DNA from: Paludibacteraceae bacterium
Lineage (GTDB): Bacteria > Bacteroidota > Bacteroidia > Bacteroidales > Paludibacteraceae
Direction: 5' to 3'
NCBI GenBank assembly: GCA_017450435.1
Contig: JAFSTO010000032.1
Span: 10,420-74,419 of the forward strand
DNA length: 64,000 nt
In this document: piece by piece, positions 25,377 to 34,181 of the stretch
How positions within the stretch are numbered: the stretch's first letter is position 1
How the letters are laid out: each line of letters opens with the position of its first letter
The notes under the pieces: model-generated
Databases searched by the model: none
Seen by the model: only the letters and a program-made list of their open reading frames with translations
What the model was told of the DNA's origin: nothing
Position numbers and translations under genes: made by a program

Positions 25377-27626
25377 GACTTGTTGTCCTAATACGTTATA
25401 CACTTTCTCGTTTACAAGGATATACAGCTGTCCGTTAATGAATATCTTTTTGACAGATACGTTCCCCTCAACCTCGTTTATGCCTGTGGGTGTTCCCCAT
25501 TCGTCTTCATCGTCGGGTTGTGGCATTTCGCGCCATGATGGCACCCATGCCACTTCGTCTGACCACAGTGACTCACGGTACTCGGTGCTACCCTCGGCAG
25601 GACGAGCCTTGAGGGCTACATTATAGTCGAAGTACGGCAAGATACTTTGTGCGCGGAGGATAGTGTCGCCGGAAAGAATATTGTGTGTCATTACCTGAAA
25701 GCGGTCAGCATCAGTTACGCGCACCAGATACGATGCTGCGGAGGAAACGGCGTTGAAGGTGATAACGCCCTCATCCGTCACTTCCGTGATGACGGGAGTG
25801 TCAAGACGGGGAAGGATAACGACACAAGTGGTGCCGTAGTACCATGTGAAGGGAAAGTTCAGCACCCAGCGGCTGCGCCAAGTGGTGTCGTTCTGCTGCA
25901 CCTGCCACTCGACGTGGTCGTTATACGTTATCACGTCGCCTTTGAAGAACTGTCCTTTAGCCGAAGGCTTGAGACGAAGAAGCATGAGGGTATCCTGCAG
26001 AAAACCCGTCACCTTCTCGAAATAATCGTCCACCGGTTTACCGCATATAGTCATAGCAGAAGTCTTCAGTCCTTCGCCTCTCCATTTGGCCTCTGCAGCG
26101 CCGCCAAGGACAAAGCGTATATTTCCTTCCTCTGTCGTTTCTGCCGTCATCGTTACACCTCCGTCGTCTGACGACACGAACTTTGAACAGAGTGTGGAGC
26201 GGTCAATGGCAGAAACCGGCACCTCGGATGGCAGATACCATAGGTAAGCCGGCGATTCGGGAGAAGGTGTGAAATGATTGGCGGAATTGATGGCGCGGGC
26301 ATAGACGGTATAGGTGTAGGTGGCAGTGGGCAGGAACGGGATGCTGTCGCCGTTATTGAGCGTTACATCCAGCATCAACAGTTCGCCGCGCCAGACGGTG
26401 ATGCGGTAGCGGTCGGCACCTTCTATCTCCTCAGCAAGGTGAAAATGTTTGCCGGCATCAATGGAAAGGATTTCCGGAGCTTCCAATCCCGGACAACGTG
26501 TGCCGTAGGTGTAGCGGAAGGTGAAGTTGCCGTAGGCGTTGCTGTTGTTCGATGTGCGATACGCGACTGTGCCGCTGTATGTTATAGGTTCACCTATAGC
26601 GGGACGTTTGGTTGTGTCGCGTAAGTGCAGGGTAAACAGACTGCTGCGGTCGCCCGAATAGACGCGCTCGAAGTAGGCGTCTGCCAAGCCTTTGCCGACG
26701 GAGAACTCTGCAAGGTCAGCGCCTGACATGCCATTGGCGCGGAAGTTGGTGCCGGCGTCGCCGGAGATGCTGATGTTCACGTCGCCTAAGGAGTCGGTCT
26801 CCCAGGTGAGGTAGGCGTATGAGTTGGCGTCTTTGCCGAAGCGGGAGTTGCAAAGCTCTGAGTTTCCTACGCTAACCGGCACCGCCGTGCGTTGCCATAC
26901 GACGGGGTCAGAGGCGGGCGAATCAACCTTGCCACCGGCGTGAGCGGTGACCGTAACAGTGTAACCGGCTGTGACGTAGGGCGTGAAGCCGCTAATCGCA
27001 CCACCGGGTTGGATGGTCTGAGAGTGCTTGAGCACGCCGTCAAGGTAAATTTTTACTATGTAAGAGTCGGCACCCTCTACTGCTTCAAAGATTGGAACAC
27101 CGGCGTCTGTCACTTCTGTCAGAACGGGCGTGGTAAGATACACGCATGTACCGCCGTAGGTGTATGAAAACGACACCGATGCCGTGTACGCATTGGTGTT
27201 CTTGGCGGTCTTCCACTCAAGGTTGGCACTCTCGCTGTAGCGGTTGAAGGTGATTTTCTTGCCAAGGACGGGCACCGAGTCGGTTCGCGGAGTGTAGATT
27301 ATCTGTTTCACCCCCGCCACGTTCTTCGGCGAGCGTGTAAACCACACTTCCATCGAGTCGCCGTCGTACTTAAACCCCTTGGGGTTCATACCATTGGCAC
27401 GCCATATTGTCAGTGCCTCATTGTCGTCGTAGGCTTTGATGGTGAATATCACTCGTCCCTGCTCGTCCGTCTCTGCCGTAAGATAGGCGTAAGAAGCTTC
27501 GTTTGAACCGAAACGCATCTCGCACACCTCCGATGGCACATTATCAGCAGCAGGCTCGCTGTCTTGACTATGGAGAACGAGGCTATACGACAAGAGTACA
27601 GACAATAAGAGCAGTGTTCGTTTCAT
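25371..27626 (-). CDS. secreted repeat protein: 3 x (Cys-bracketed ~120-aa module + FN3-like unit) plus a short T9SS-like tail
   Basis: SPI signal MKRTLLLLSVLLSYSLVLHSQ. Modules at aa 35-161, 259-378 and 480-601. FN3-like linkers such as TPVLTEVTDAGVPIFEAVEGADSYIVKIY. Acidic linker DDEDEW, then KKIFINGQLYILVNEKVYNVLGQQVK. Confidence 0.65.
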   Translation of the reverse strand: MKRTLLLLSVLLSYSLVLHSQDSEPAADNVPSEVCEMRFGSNEASYAYLTAETDEQGRVIFTIKAYDDNEALTIWRANGMNPKGFKYDGDSMEVWFTRSPKNVAGVKQIIYTPRTDSVPVLGKKITFNRYSESANLEWKTAKNTNAYTASVSFSYTYGGTCVYLTTPVLTEVTDAGVPIFEAVEGADSYIVKIYLDGVLKHSQTIQPGGAISGFTPYVTAGYTVTVTAHAGGKVDSPASDPVVWQRTAVPVSVGNSELCNSRFGKDANSYAYLTWETDSLGDVNISISGDAGTNFRANGMSGADLAEFSVGKGLADAYFERVYSGDRSSLFTLHLRDTTKRPAIGEPITYSGTVAYRTSNNSNAYGNFTFRYTYGTRCPGLEAPEILSIDAGKHFHLAEEIEGADRYRITVWRGELLMLDVTLNNGDSIPFLPTATYTYTVYARAINSANHFTPSPESPAYLWYLPSEVPVSAIDRSTLCSKFVSSDDGGVTMTAETTEEGNIRFVLGGAAEAKWRGEGLKTSAMTICGKPVDDYFEKVTGFLQDTLMLLRLKPSAKGQFFKGDVITYNDHVEWQVQQNDTTWRSRWVLNFPFTWYYGTTCVVILPRLDTPVITEVTDEGVITFNAVSSAASYLVRVTDADRFQVMTHNILSGDTILRAQSILPYFDYNVALKARPAEGSTEYRESLWSDEVAWVPSWREMPQPDDEDEWGTPTGINEVEGNVSVKKIFINGQLYILVNEKVYNVLGQQVK

Positions 27627-27689
27627 GGCAGTATGGTGTTTCTTAGAAGATGATCAAACTGACCGTCTCTATCTTCGGGCGGCACGTTG

Positions 27690-30068
27690 TCACCGAGCGG
27701 TTGGCTCAATCTTGACAGCATTGAGAATAGTAGCACCCTCTATTGGTTTTAGTACAATAATTATACCATTTCCGCCATTTACATCAATTTTCTGGACAAT
27801 ATCTTTTGCCCGGTATGTTTGCAGTGTTTCTTCAGGTGAGAAAACTTGTTCGCCGTTGATTGTTATGCTCATCTTTCTGCCGTTAAACCCGGTGTCGAGC
27901 GCCTTATTGCCGAGGTTATATACCGACATCTCTTGTTCTCCCACAGTCTCTAATTCCGCCAAGCGTAGGGTTACTGTATATTGTCCGTCGGGAACGTCGG
28001 CGCGGAGCTCATTGATACCCAATCGTGCTGTTTGGTAAACAGGTTCGTCGCCCGCTGCTCCGAGGATAGTGACATCAGATGCCGGGAGTGGTCCGTGTTC
28101 GGTCTTGCGAACGTATGGAGTGCCGCCATCAATAGTGATTAGGCCGGATGTAGTGTCCGGCACCCACAGGTTGCCATTGTTGTCGGTGAAGTAGCGGTTG
28201 CTACCGAGAAGAACACATAGCGGCCATTGCTGCGGCTCGGGCATCCGGAGCGCCTCTTCCATCTTCTGCTGTGCCTGACGACGGAGAGCTTCAGTGCCTG
28301 CTATTGTTGATTGGTAGAAGTAGTATGTGGCTTTCGGGCAGCGATTGGTAGTAACCAGTCCTTTGAGATTCATGTGAGGCACGGCTCCGCCACGGCTTTC
28401 CGAGTGGAAGTCGTTGAGGTTCCACGCTGTGCCGCCGGCAACCAAGTCGGTGGACAAAAGAAACTGAAGGTAATGTTTATGATAGAGCATGGCATAGTCA
28501 ACAGTGTAGTCGAACTTCAGCGGGTTGTCCGCCCTCAGCCGAACGTCGCAGTCTGCCCCATACTCGCTAATCAGCATCGGCCGGTTGCTGCTCTGGCGTC
28601 GTATTCGCTCCACTTTTGCATCGAGGTCTTCTATCGTGCCGCTGTACCAGCCCGAGTAGATGTTATGTCCTATCACATCTGCACATGTGTCAAGCCCTGC
28701 TTCGTGATACTCTCGGAAATAGTCATGAATGGCAGCGAAGGTGTACCGCTCCGGGTCGAGTTCGTGCAGATGACGGTTGAGTTGCTGTGAGAGTCGGTTG
28801 ACGTTCATCACATACTCCCAGTGGCGCTGCCACATGCCTTTCTGATACTTGAAGGGCGGTCGGAGCAGCACCTCGTTCATATACCCCCACATTATAACAG
28901 ACGGGTGGTTGCGGTTCTGCCAAACCATCTCCTCCTCCATCATAAGGCAGTTATTTGTGAAGGCTTCCGATTCGGTGATGGCATTAACAACGGGAATCTC
29001 TACGGAGCACAGTATGCCGAGCGAGTCCAGTAGGTGCATCACGAGCGGGTCCTGCGGGTAATGACTAACGCGGAGGAAATTGCCGCCCATGTCCTTCAAC
29101 AGCTGCATGTCAAGTCTGTGCACTGAGTCGGGCACAGCCCATCCCATGCCGCTGTAACACTGGTGTCGGTTGGTGCCGATGAGCTTGAGCGGCTTGCCGT
29201 TGAGGACGAAGAGTCCCTGTTCGTCGAACGAGTAGTAACGGAGACCGATTTCCTGCTCCACCTGGTCAATCACGCGGCCGTCTTCGCCAAGCAGCCGTGT
29301 AGTGAGGGTGTAGAGAGTAGGGCTGTCAGGCGACCACAGACGCGGGTTATCTACATTGAAGGTCTGAACGTCTGAGTAATCGGCAGACCGGGGATCCTCA
29401 GGACGTGCATTGACATTATCTGCAGCTAATTGGTCATTCCCTATCTTGTCGGAAATGGCTACTCGTTTGCCGTTGAGCCGGTGCTCCACACGCATACCTT
29501 CGTTGGCGTTTGTCAGGCGTGTGGTGATGCGTACCTGAGCCGTTCGGTAGTTGACGGCCGGCGTTTCCACCGTCAAGCCGTTGGTGCCGTAGAATGTGGT
29601 GCTTATATGCGATGGTGCTGTGCGGAGAAGGTAGCAGTCGCGGTAGGGACCACCAAAAAAGGTGAAGTCGGCTGAGAGAGGAGGTATATCAGCGTTGTGT
29701 GCATTGGTAATACGCATCGTGACCGTGTTATCCTCTCCGAAACGTACAAAAGGTGTCACATCGAAAGAAAACGCTGTATATCCGCCGGCGTGATACCCGG
29801 CGTCGTTTCCGTTCACGCTGAGCCATACCTCTTGGTTGGCGCCTAACGAGACGAAGGTGACGTTACTCTCTGCCCATGAAGCAGGAATGGCAACCGTCTC
29901 TGTAAAGACGTGCTCCGTACGCTCGTAGCCCGGCACGGTGTCTGTCGCGTCATGGGCATTCCATGTCTGACGCGCAAATAGTGGCAGACGCTCACGGCAG
30001 TCGATATGTGAGGTGCAGCTCGATAAAAGAATTGCTGCACATGAAAGAATAAATAGTGTTCGCTTCAT
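27690..30068 (-). CDS. glycoside hydrolase family 2 lipoprotein with a C-terminal malectin-like domain
   Basis: Lipobox ILLSSC. GH2 blocks VSLGANQEVWLSVNGNDAGYHAGGYTAFSFDVT, GTNRHQCY, NFLRVSHYPQDP, NHPSVIMWGYMNEV (acid/base NE), LISEYGAD (nucleophile E). Malectin-like VYQTARLGINELRADVPDGQYTVTLRLAELE...NAVKIE. Confidence 0.85.
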   Translation of the reverse strand: MKRTLFILSCAAILLSSCTSHIDCRERLPLFARQTWNAHDATDTVPGYERTEHVFTETVAIPASWAESNVTFVSLGANQEVWLSVNGNDAGYHAGGYTAFSFDVTPFVRFGEDNTVTMRITNAHNADIPPLSADFTFFGGPYRDCYLLRTAPSHISTTFYGTNGLTVETPAVNYRTAQVRITTRLTNANEGMRVEHRLNGKRVAISDKIGNDQLAADNVNARPEDPRSADYSDVQTFNVDNPRLWSPDSPTLYTLTTRLLGEDGRVIDQVEQEIGLRYYSFDEQGLFVLNGKPLKLIGTNRHQCYSGMGWAVPDSVHRLDMQLLKDMGGNFLRVSHYPQDPLVMHLLDSLGILCSVEIPVVNAITESEAFTNNCLMMEEEMVWQNRNHPSVIMWGYMNEVLLRPPFKYQKGMWQRHWEYVMNVNRLSQQLNRHLHELDPERYTFAAIHDYFREYHEAGLDTCADVIGHNIYSGWYSGTIEDLDAKVERIRRQSSNRPMLISEYGADCDVRLRADNPLKFDYTVDYAMLYHKHYLQFLLSTDLVAGGTAWNLNDFHSESRGGAVPHMNLKGLVTTNRCPKATYYFYQSTIAGTEALRRQAQQKMEEALRMPEPQQWPLCVLLGSNRYFTDNNGNLWVPDTTSGLITIDGGTPYVRKTEHGPLPASDVTILGAAGDEPVYQTARLGINELRADVPDGQYTVTLRLAELETVGEQEMSVYNLGNKALDTGFNGRKMSITINGEQVFSPEETLQTYRAKDIVQKIDVNGGNGIIIVLKPIEGATILNAVKIEPTAR

Positions 30069-30325
30069 GGGGGAGATATTTTTTAGTGGTTTATGTTCGT
30101 ATAATAGTAATTATAGTGCACCACTACCTGCTCCTGTGCCGGTGCCACCCGGGGTGAACTCATCTCCACCATCGTTGTTATCTGTTCCGGTACTGACGTT
30201 GAGCATGACGGACGGTGATAAGTAGCGGAAGATATCAGTTTGTGGAATGGTGTATATTCGTTTTGCAGTCATTGTGTTATTCTTTATAGTTATTAGACGT
30301 TGAGTTTGTTTTATGGCTACAGACC

Positions 30326-33300
30326 TTATTCTGCCTTAATGCCGAGAACGGTGTAGATAGTCCCGTTTTTGCGAATAAGAAGTTGTCCGTTTTGGAAGAA
30401 CTTCTCAGCCTGAACGGGTTTTATTGTCTGTTCAAGCGAGGTGGCTATTGTTGTTTGGTCGCTACGCATCACTATTCGTGCACGTACGTTGCCGGGTAGC
30501 TGTTGTTCGAACTTGAAATATGCTCGGAACCCGCGCATTGACGAACCGTTGTTGTTCTGCAATAGGTAGTTGTTGGCGCCGAGGAAGTAATAATCGCTTG
30601 GAATCTGATAAGGTCCGTAGATACCAACCATCGTGGCGGCTGTGCCTTGACGATTTTCTATCGGTGCTGCAGCATTAACAACAACATTGCTAATTACCGG
30701 AATGACAGCGTCTTGCGATGGGCGCATCACGTATGGCATACCGGCTTCAAGGTGGTTGACGTAGTCAAACTCAAGGAAGAGCGACTCTGCTCCTTTCCAG
30801 TAAGAACCTACGAGTTTGCCAAGACGGTAGGCGTCGCCGAAAGTGGCTTTCAGTTGGCTGTCTGACATGTCAAACGGCAGACAAAGGGTGTACCAATCGG
30901 TGCCGGCAAGGAACGAGCGGTCAAGTGTGGCAACAACGGTGGCGTTGTTGAACTCGGTGATGTTCGCGCTGTTGTCGCTGTTCTCCGTGAGGTTCATAAC
31001 GTAAGTACCACCCGTGCCATAAACCTCAAACTCATAGAAACTCATAAACCATTTGCTTGTACCTTCTCCGGCTCTGTTGGCTATTTTTACATAGCGGGTG
31101 AAGGGTTGCAATTCTGACAGGTCAATAGTCTGGGTCGTTCCTTCAGTAAACTTATCTCCTGTATATTCGATAATGTCAAACCAATTGCTGCCGTCAAAAC
31201 TGCCAAGCAGTACAATGCCGTTGTAGTTTGGATAGTGTTGCCAGGTAATCTTGACCGACTCTAAAGTGTAAGCCTTGCCAAGGTCCACTTGCCACCAGTT
31301 GGTTTCAGGGTCTAATAGTTCTCCGTTATTCTCATAGTTACCCCACTTGGTTGTGGTATTGCCGTCCACTGCTTTCTCTGCGGTGTAATTTCCTTCGGTT
31401 CTACCTGCGAGTGCGGTCTTACCGAGTGCGAGGTTGGTGTCCTCTTCGGGCGCTGCTCCTCCTTCGGTAGTGAAGCTGACGGTCATGTAGTTGTCAGACT
31501 CGTTGCCGGCCTGGTCAATGGCATAAACCCTGATGGTGTAAGCCTTGCCCGACAACAGTCCGTCCACGGTGAAGCTGCCGTCTGTGGCAACATAGTCGCC
31601 GGTCTTGTCGCCCTTGAGCCGGTATCCCGCAATAGTGGTGTTATCTGTGGCAGAGACGCTGAGCACAACTGAGTTGGTAGTAACATCGCTGTATGTGGCG
31701 CTAACCATAACCGGCGCCTCACTATCGGCTGAGAGCTCACCATAGACGTAAATCTCACCGACTCTCAAACCATAAGTCTCATTTGCCTCTGTTGAGAAGA
31801 AACGAATATAACGTACTTCTTTATTGTTAGTCGTGTTGGTGTACCAATGGTCTTTCCTATCTCGTCCGCCGCCAGCTTGGTCGTAGCTGTATGCTGTTAC
31901 CCAATTGGTTTTGTCAGAAGAGAAATCAAGATGATATTTTCTTGAAGAACTACCGCCGGTAAAGCAAACTTGTATATAATCAACATCGTATATTTTATTG
32001 AGGTCAATGATTATCCAAGCATCAAAAGTTTCTTGATTAGGGTTAGTTTGTGCACTATAACCTTGCCAATAGTTATTAGCAATTCCATCCACCACTAATG
32101 ACGGGGAATTAGCAGCATAACCATCTATTGCACCTCGCGAGCCTTCTGTTTCTGCTCCTACGGAAATAAGCTGTGTGTCATCATATACAAAAATCTCAAT
32201 ATTGTCGCTCTTCTCGTCAGCTTGGTCTTTCTGTGCAGTGGCGGTGATGGTTACAAGACCTTTCTTTGTCGCGGTGAACACGCCGTCGGTTATCGAACCT
32301 GCATCAGCCGGACTGATGGTGTATTCGGTGGCAACATCCATCGCTGTACCTTTCTGGTTAAGGGCATTGATAGTTAAGGTAATATCTTCGCCTACTTTAG
32401 CTATATCCTGTGCCTCCACAGAGAATGAAGTTAATACATCAGGCTGATTGCAAACGGTGCCATATATATATTCTGTAAGTACGGGATTACGCCAAGCATC
32501 AGTATTATCAGTTGTTTTCCAACGATATATGCCGTTATAGGTTATTATCTCTCCGAGTGCAATGTTTTTTCCTGTTTTCTTGCGCAGTTGGTATGTAGTC
32601 GCACCTGTTGTATAGATAGCGTCAAAGAACAATGCGGCACTTACATTGCCTACTTTGAATTTATCTGCACCATCAAATGCGTTGCCTCGCCAAGAGGCTC
32701 CGTCACCGCTGATTGAGATATTGATATTGCCGTCTTCGTCTGTCTCCCATGTATAATATGCCAACCCTGTAGTATTATTGTTTGATATTATTTCTTTAGT
32801 GCAATACGTGTTTTCCGGTAAGTTTTCCTCTGCTACAGATTGGTCAGATAGAGTCCAAGTTCCTTCTGCTGCTTCAGATAAATCATCTTCAATATATGCT
32901 ACAAGGGTTGTACGGAATGTACCACCTTTCTTAAACGGGCGTGTAAGTTCGTCACCTGATTCTACATCTTGTGCAAAGAGAGGTGTTGTGTCATCATCAT
33001 CGTACATCGTCAGCTCATATCGTGTGGCATCGGTTACTTCATCGAACGACACCACACCAGCGTTTGATATAGCGAAATTAGTAGGAGTTGGAATGGTGCT
33101 TGCAACAGCTTCAAATGATATAGAAGAAAACCTAATCTGATTAGATGGATTAACATAGTACTCTCCTGCATTAAGAATTACTTCAACTGTTGCTGAATTA
33201 GGCGTGAAATGTGTTGTTGTTATATCTCCCTTTGTGTTTGAAAAACAAAAGTATCGGTCTGTCTTTTGTTCATTGATTCCTAAAGTAATTTTACTTTTGA

Positions 33301-33997
33301 CCGGTATTGAAAATTTTATATAGTGTGTTCCACTTGTTGTAATTTGAACATAAGGGTAATTATCTGTCATAGGTGCATGTGCTTGACTGGTAACAAACTC
33401 AAGTCCGTCTATTGTAGAAACTGTACTGCTTAGATTGCATCGTCCTTTTCCAAAACTTAATGTATAACCCGATTCACCGCCTTGAAGAAGTGGCTCTCCC
33501 GATTCGATAATTTCTATTTGATAGATTCTAATATATTGATTGGATGTATAGAAAAATATTGTACTATTAGTGGTGTTTGTTGTTTCATATTCAACAACAG
33601 TGGCTTCTTTAGCAGTAAAGTTGTGTGAGGTTATATGAGTTTCTGTACTTTCTCCTTCTTTGACTTCACTGATATAAATATATCTATCTGTCTTGCCTCC
33701 GGGTTCATATGTATATACCTTTACTTGTGTACTTGTTGTCTTGCAATCATAACCAATTACACTATTGAAATTGCCATTTGTATTTGATAGAGTTTTATTG
33801 ATATTTGCTACATAGGAAGTATAACTTGTGTTATTTATAGTTTGAGCAGCACTACTCACCGTTCCTGTATACTTCAAATCCCCTGTAAGAGTGCCGGTGG
33901 ATTGGTCAATCAAACGGTAGGTAGTGTCTGCGTAAAGGCTTATGCCACTTGCTAAAGAGATGAAGGTTAGCAGTAGGGGAAGTAAGTAGCGTTTCAT
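30326..33997 (-). CDS. 1223-aa secreted multidomain protein (AT-rich N-terminal modules, FN3-like unit, Cys-bracketed module, Big_2, 2 x discoidin/F5-8 type C, FN3, unknown C-domain, short T9SS-like tail)
   Basis: SPI signal MKRYLLPLLLTFISLASGISLYA. Cys module aa 399-516. Big_2-like aa 520-592. Discoidin blocks VVDGIANNYWQG...WIIIDL and AVDGNTTTKWGN...WWQVDLGKAYTLESVKITW. FN3 aa 758-845. Tail EKFFQNGQLLIRKNGTIYTVLGIKAE. Confidence 0.65.
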   Translation of the reverse strand: MKRYLLPLLLTFISLASGISLYADTTYRLIDQSTGTLTGDLKYTGTVSSAAQTINNTSYTSYVANINKTLSNTNGNFNSVIGYDCKTTSTQVKVYTYEPGGKTDRYIYISEVKEGESTETHITSHNFTAKEATVVEYETTNTTNSTIFFYTSNQYIRIYQIEIIESGEPLLQGGESGYTLSFGKGRCNLSSTVSTIDGLEFVTSQAHAPMTDNYPYVQITTSGTHYIKFSIPVKSKITLGINEQKTDRYFCFSNTKGDITTTHFTPNSATVEVILNAGEYYVNPSNQIRFSSISFEAVASTIPTPTNFAISNAGVVSFDEVTDATRYELTMYDDDDTTPLFAQDVESGDELTRPFKKGGTFRTTLVAYIEDDLSEAAEGTWTLSDQSVAEENLPENTYCTKEIISNNNTTGLAYYTWETDEDGNINISISGDGASWRGNAFDGADKFKVGNVSAALFFDAIYTTGATTYQLRKKTGKNIALGEIITYNGIYRWKTTDNTDAWRNPVLTEYIYGTVCNQPDVLTSFSVEAQDIAKVGEDITLTINALNQKGTAMDVATEYTISPADAGSITDGVFTATKKGLVTITATAQKDQADEKSDNIEIFVYDDTQLISVGAETEGSRGAIDGYAANSPSLVVDGIANNYWQGYSAQTNPNQETFDAWIIIDLNKIYDVDYIQVCFTGGSSSRKYHLDFSSDKTNWVTAYSYDQAGGGRDRKDHWYTNTTNNKEVRYIRFFSTEANETYGLRVGEIYVYGELSADSEAPVMVSATYSDVTTNSVVLSVSATDNTTIAGYRLKGDKTGDYVATDGSFTVDGLLSGKAYTIRVYAIDQAGNESDNYMTVSFTTEGGAAPEEDTNLALGKTALAGRTEGNYTAEKAVDGNTTTKWGNYENNGELLDPETNWWQVDLGKAYTLESVKITWQHYPNYNGIVLLGSFDGSNWFDIIEYTGDKFTEGTTQTIDLSELQPFTRYVKIANRAGEGTSKWFMSFYEFEVYGTGGTYVMNLTENSDNSANITEFNNATVVATLDRSFLAGTDWYTLCLPFDMSDSQLKATFGDAYRLGKLVGSYWKGAESLFLEFDYVNHLEAGMPYVMRPSQDAVIPVISNVVVNAAAPIENRQGTAATMVGIYGPYQIPSDYYFLGANNYLLQNNNGSSMRGFRAYFKFEQQLPGNVRARIVMRSDQTTIATSLEQTIKPVQAEKFFQNGQLLIRKNGTIYTVLGIKAE

Positions 33998-34120
33998 GGT
34001 ATATTGTTTTTATGGGTTATTCAAATCAGGTGGCGGACATATCCGCGGGAAAGGTTATTCGGAAGATGGGAGTCCAAGTTTACTAGTAGCCTAGTATTCT
34101 AGTATTCTGGTTGTCTAATT

Positions 34121-34172
34121 AAAAAAGAAAATTCCTTTCCGCAGCCGGCGGCAGGTGCCGGCTGCGGAAAGG
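34121..34172 (-). terminator. strong intrinsic terminator after the 845-aa gene
   Basis: On the - strand a 16-bp stem CCTTTCCGCAGCCGGC / GCCGGCTGCGGAAAGG (34134-34149 and 34157-34172) with a 7-nt loop is followed by AATTTTCTTTTTT. Confidence 0.8.
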
Positions 34173-34181
34173 GTACGGTGC

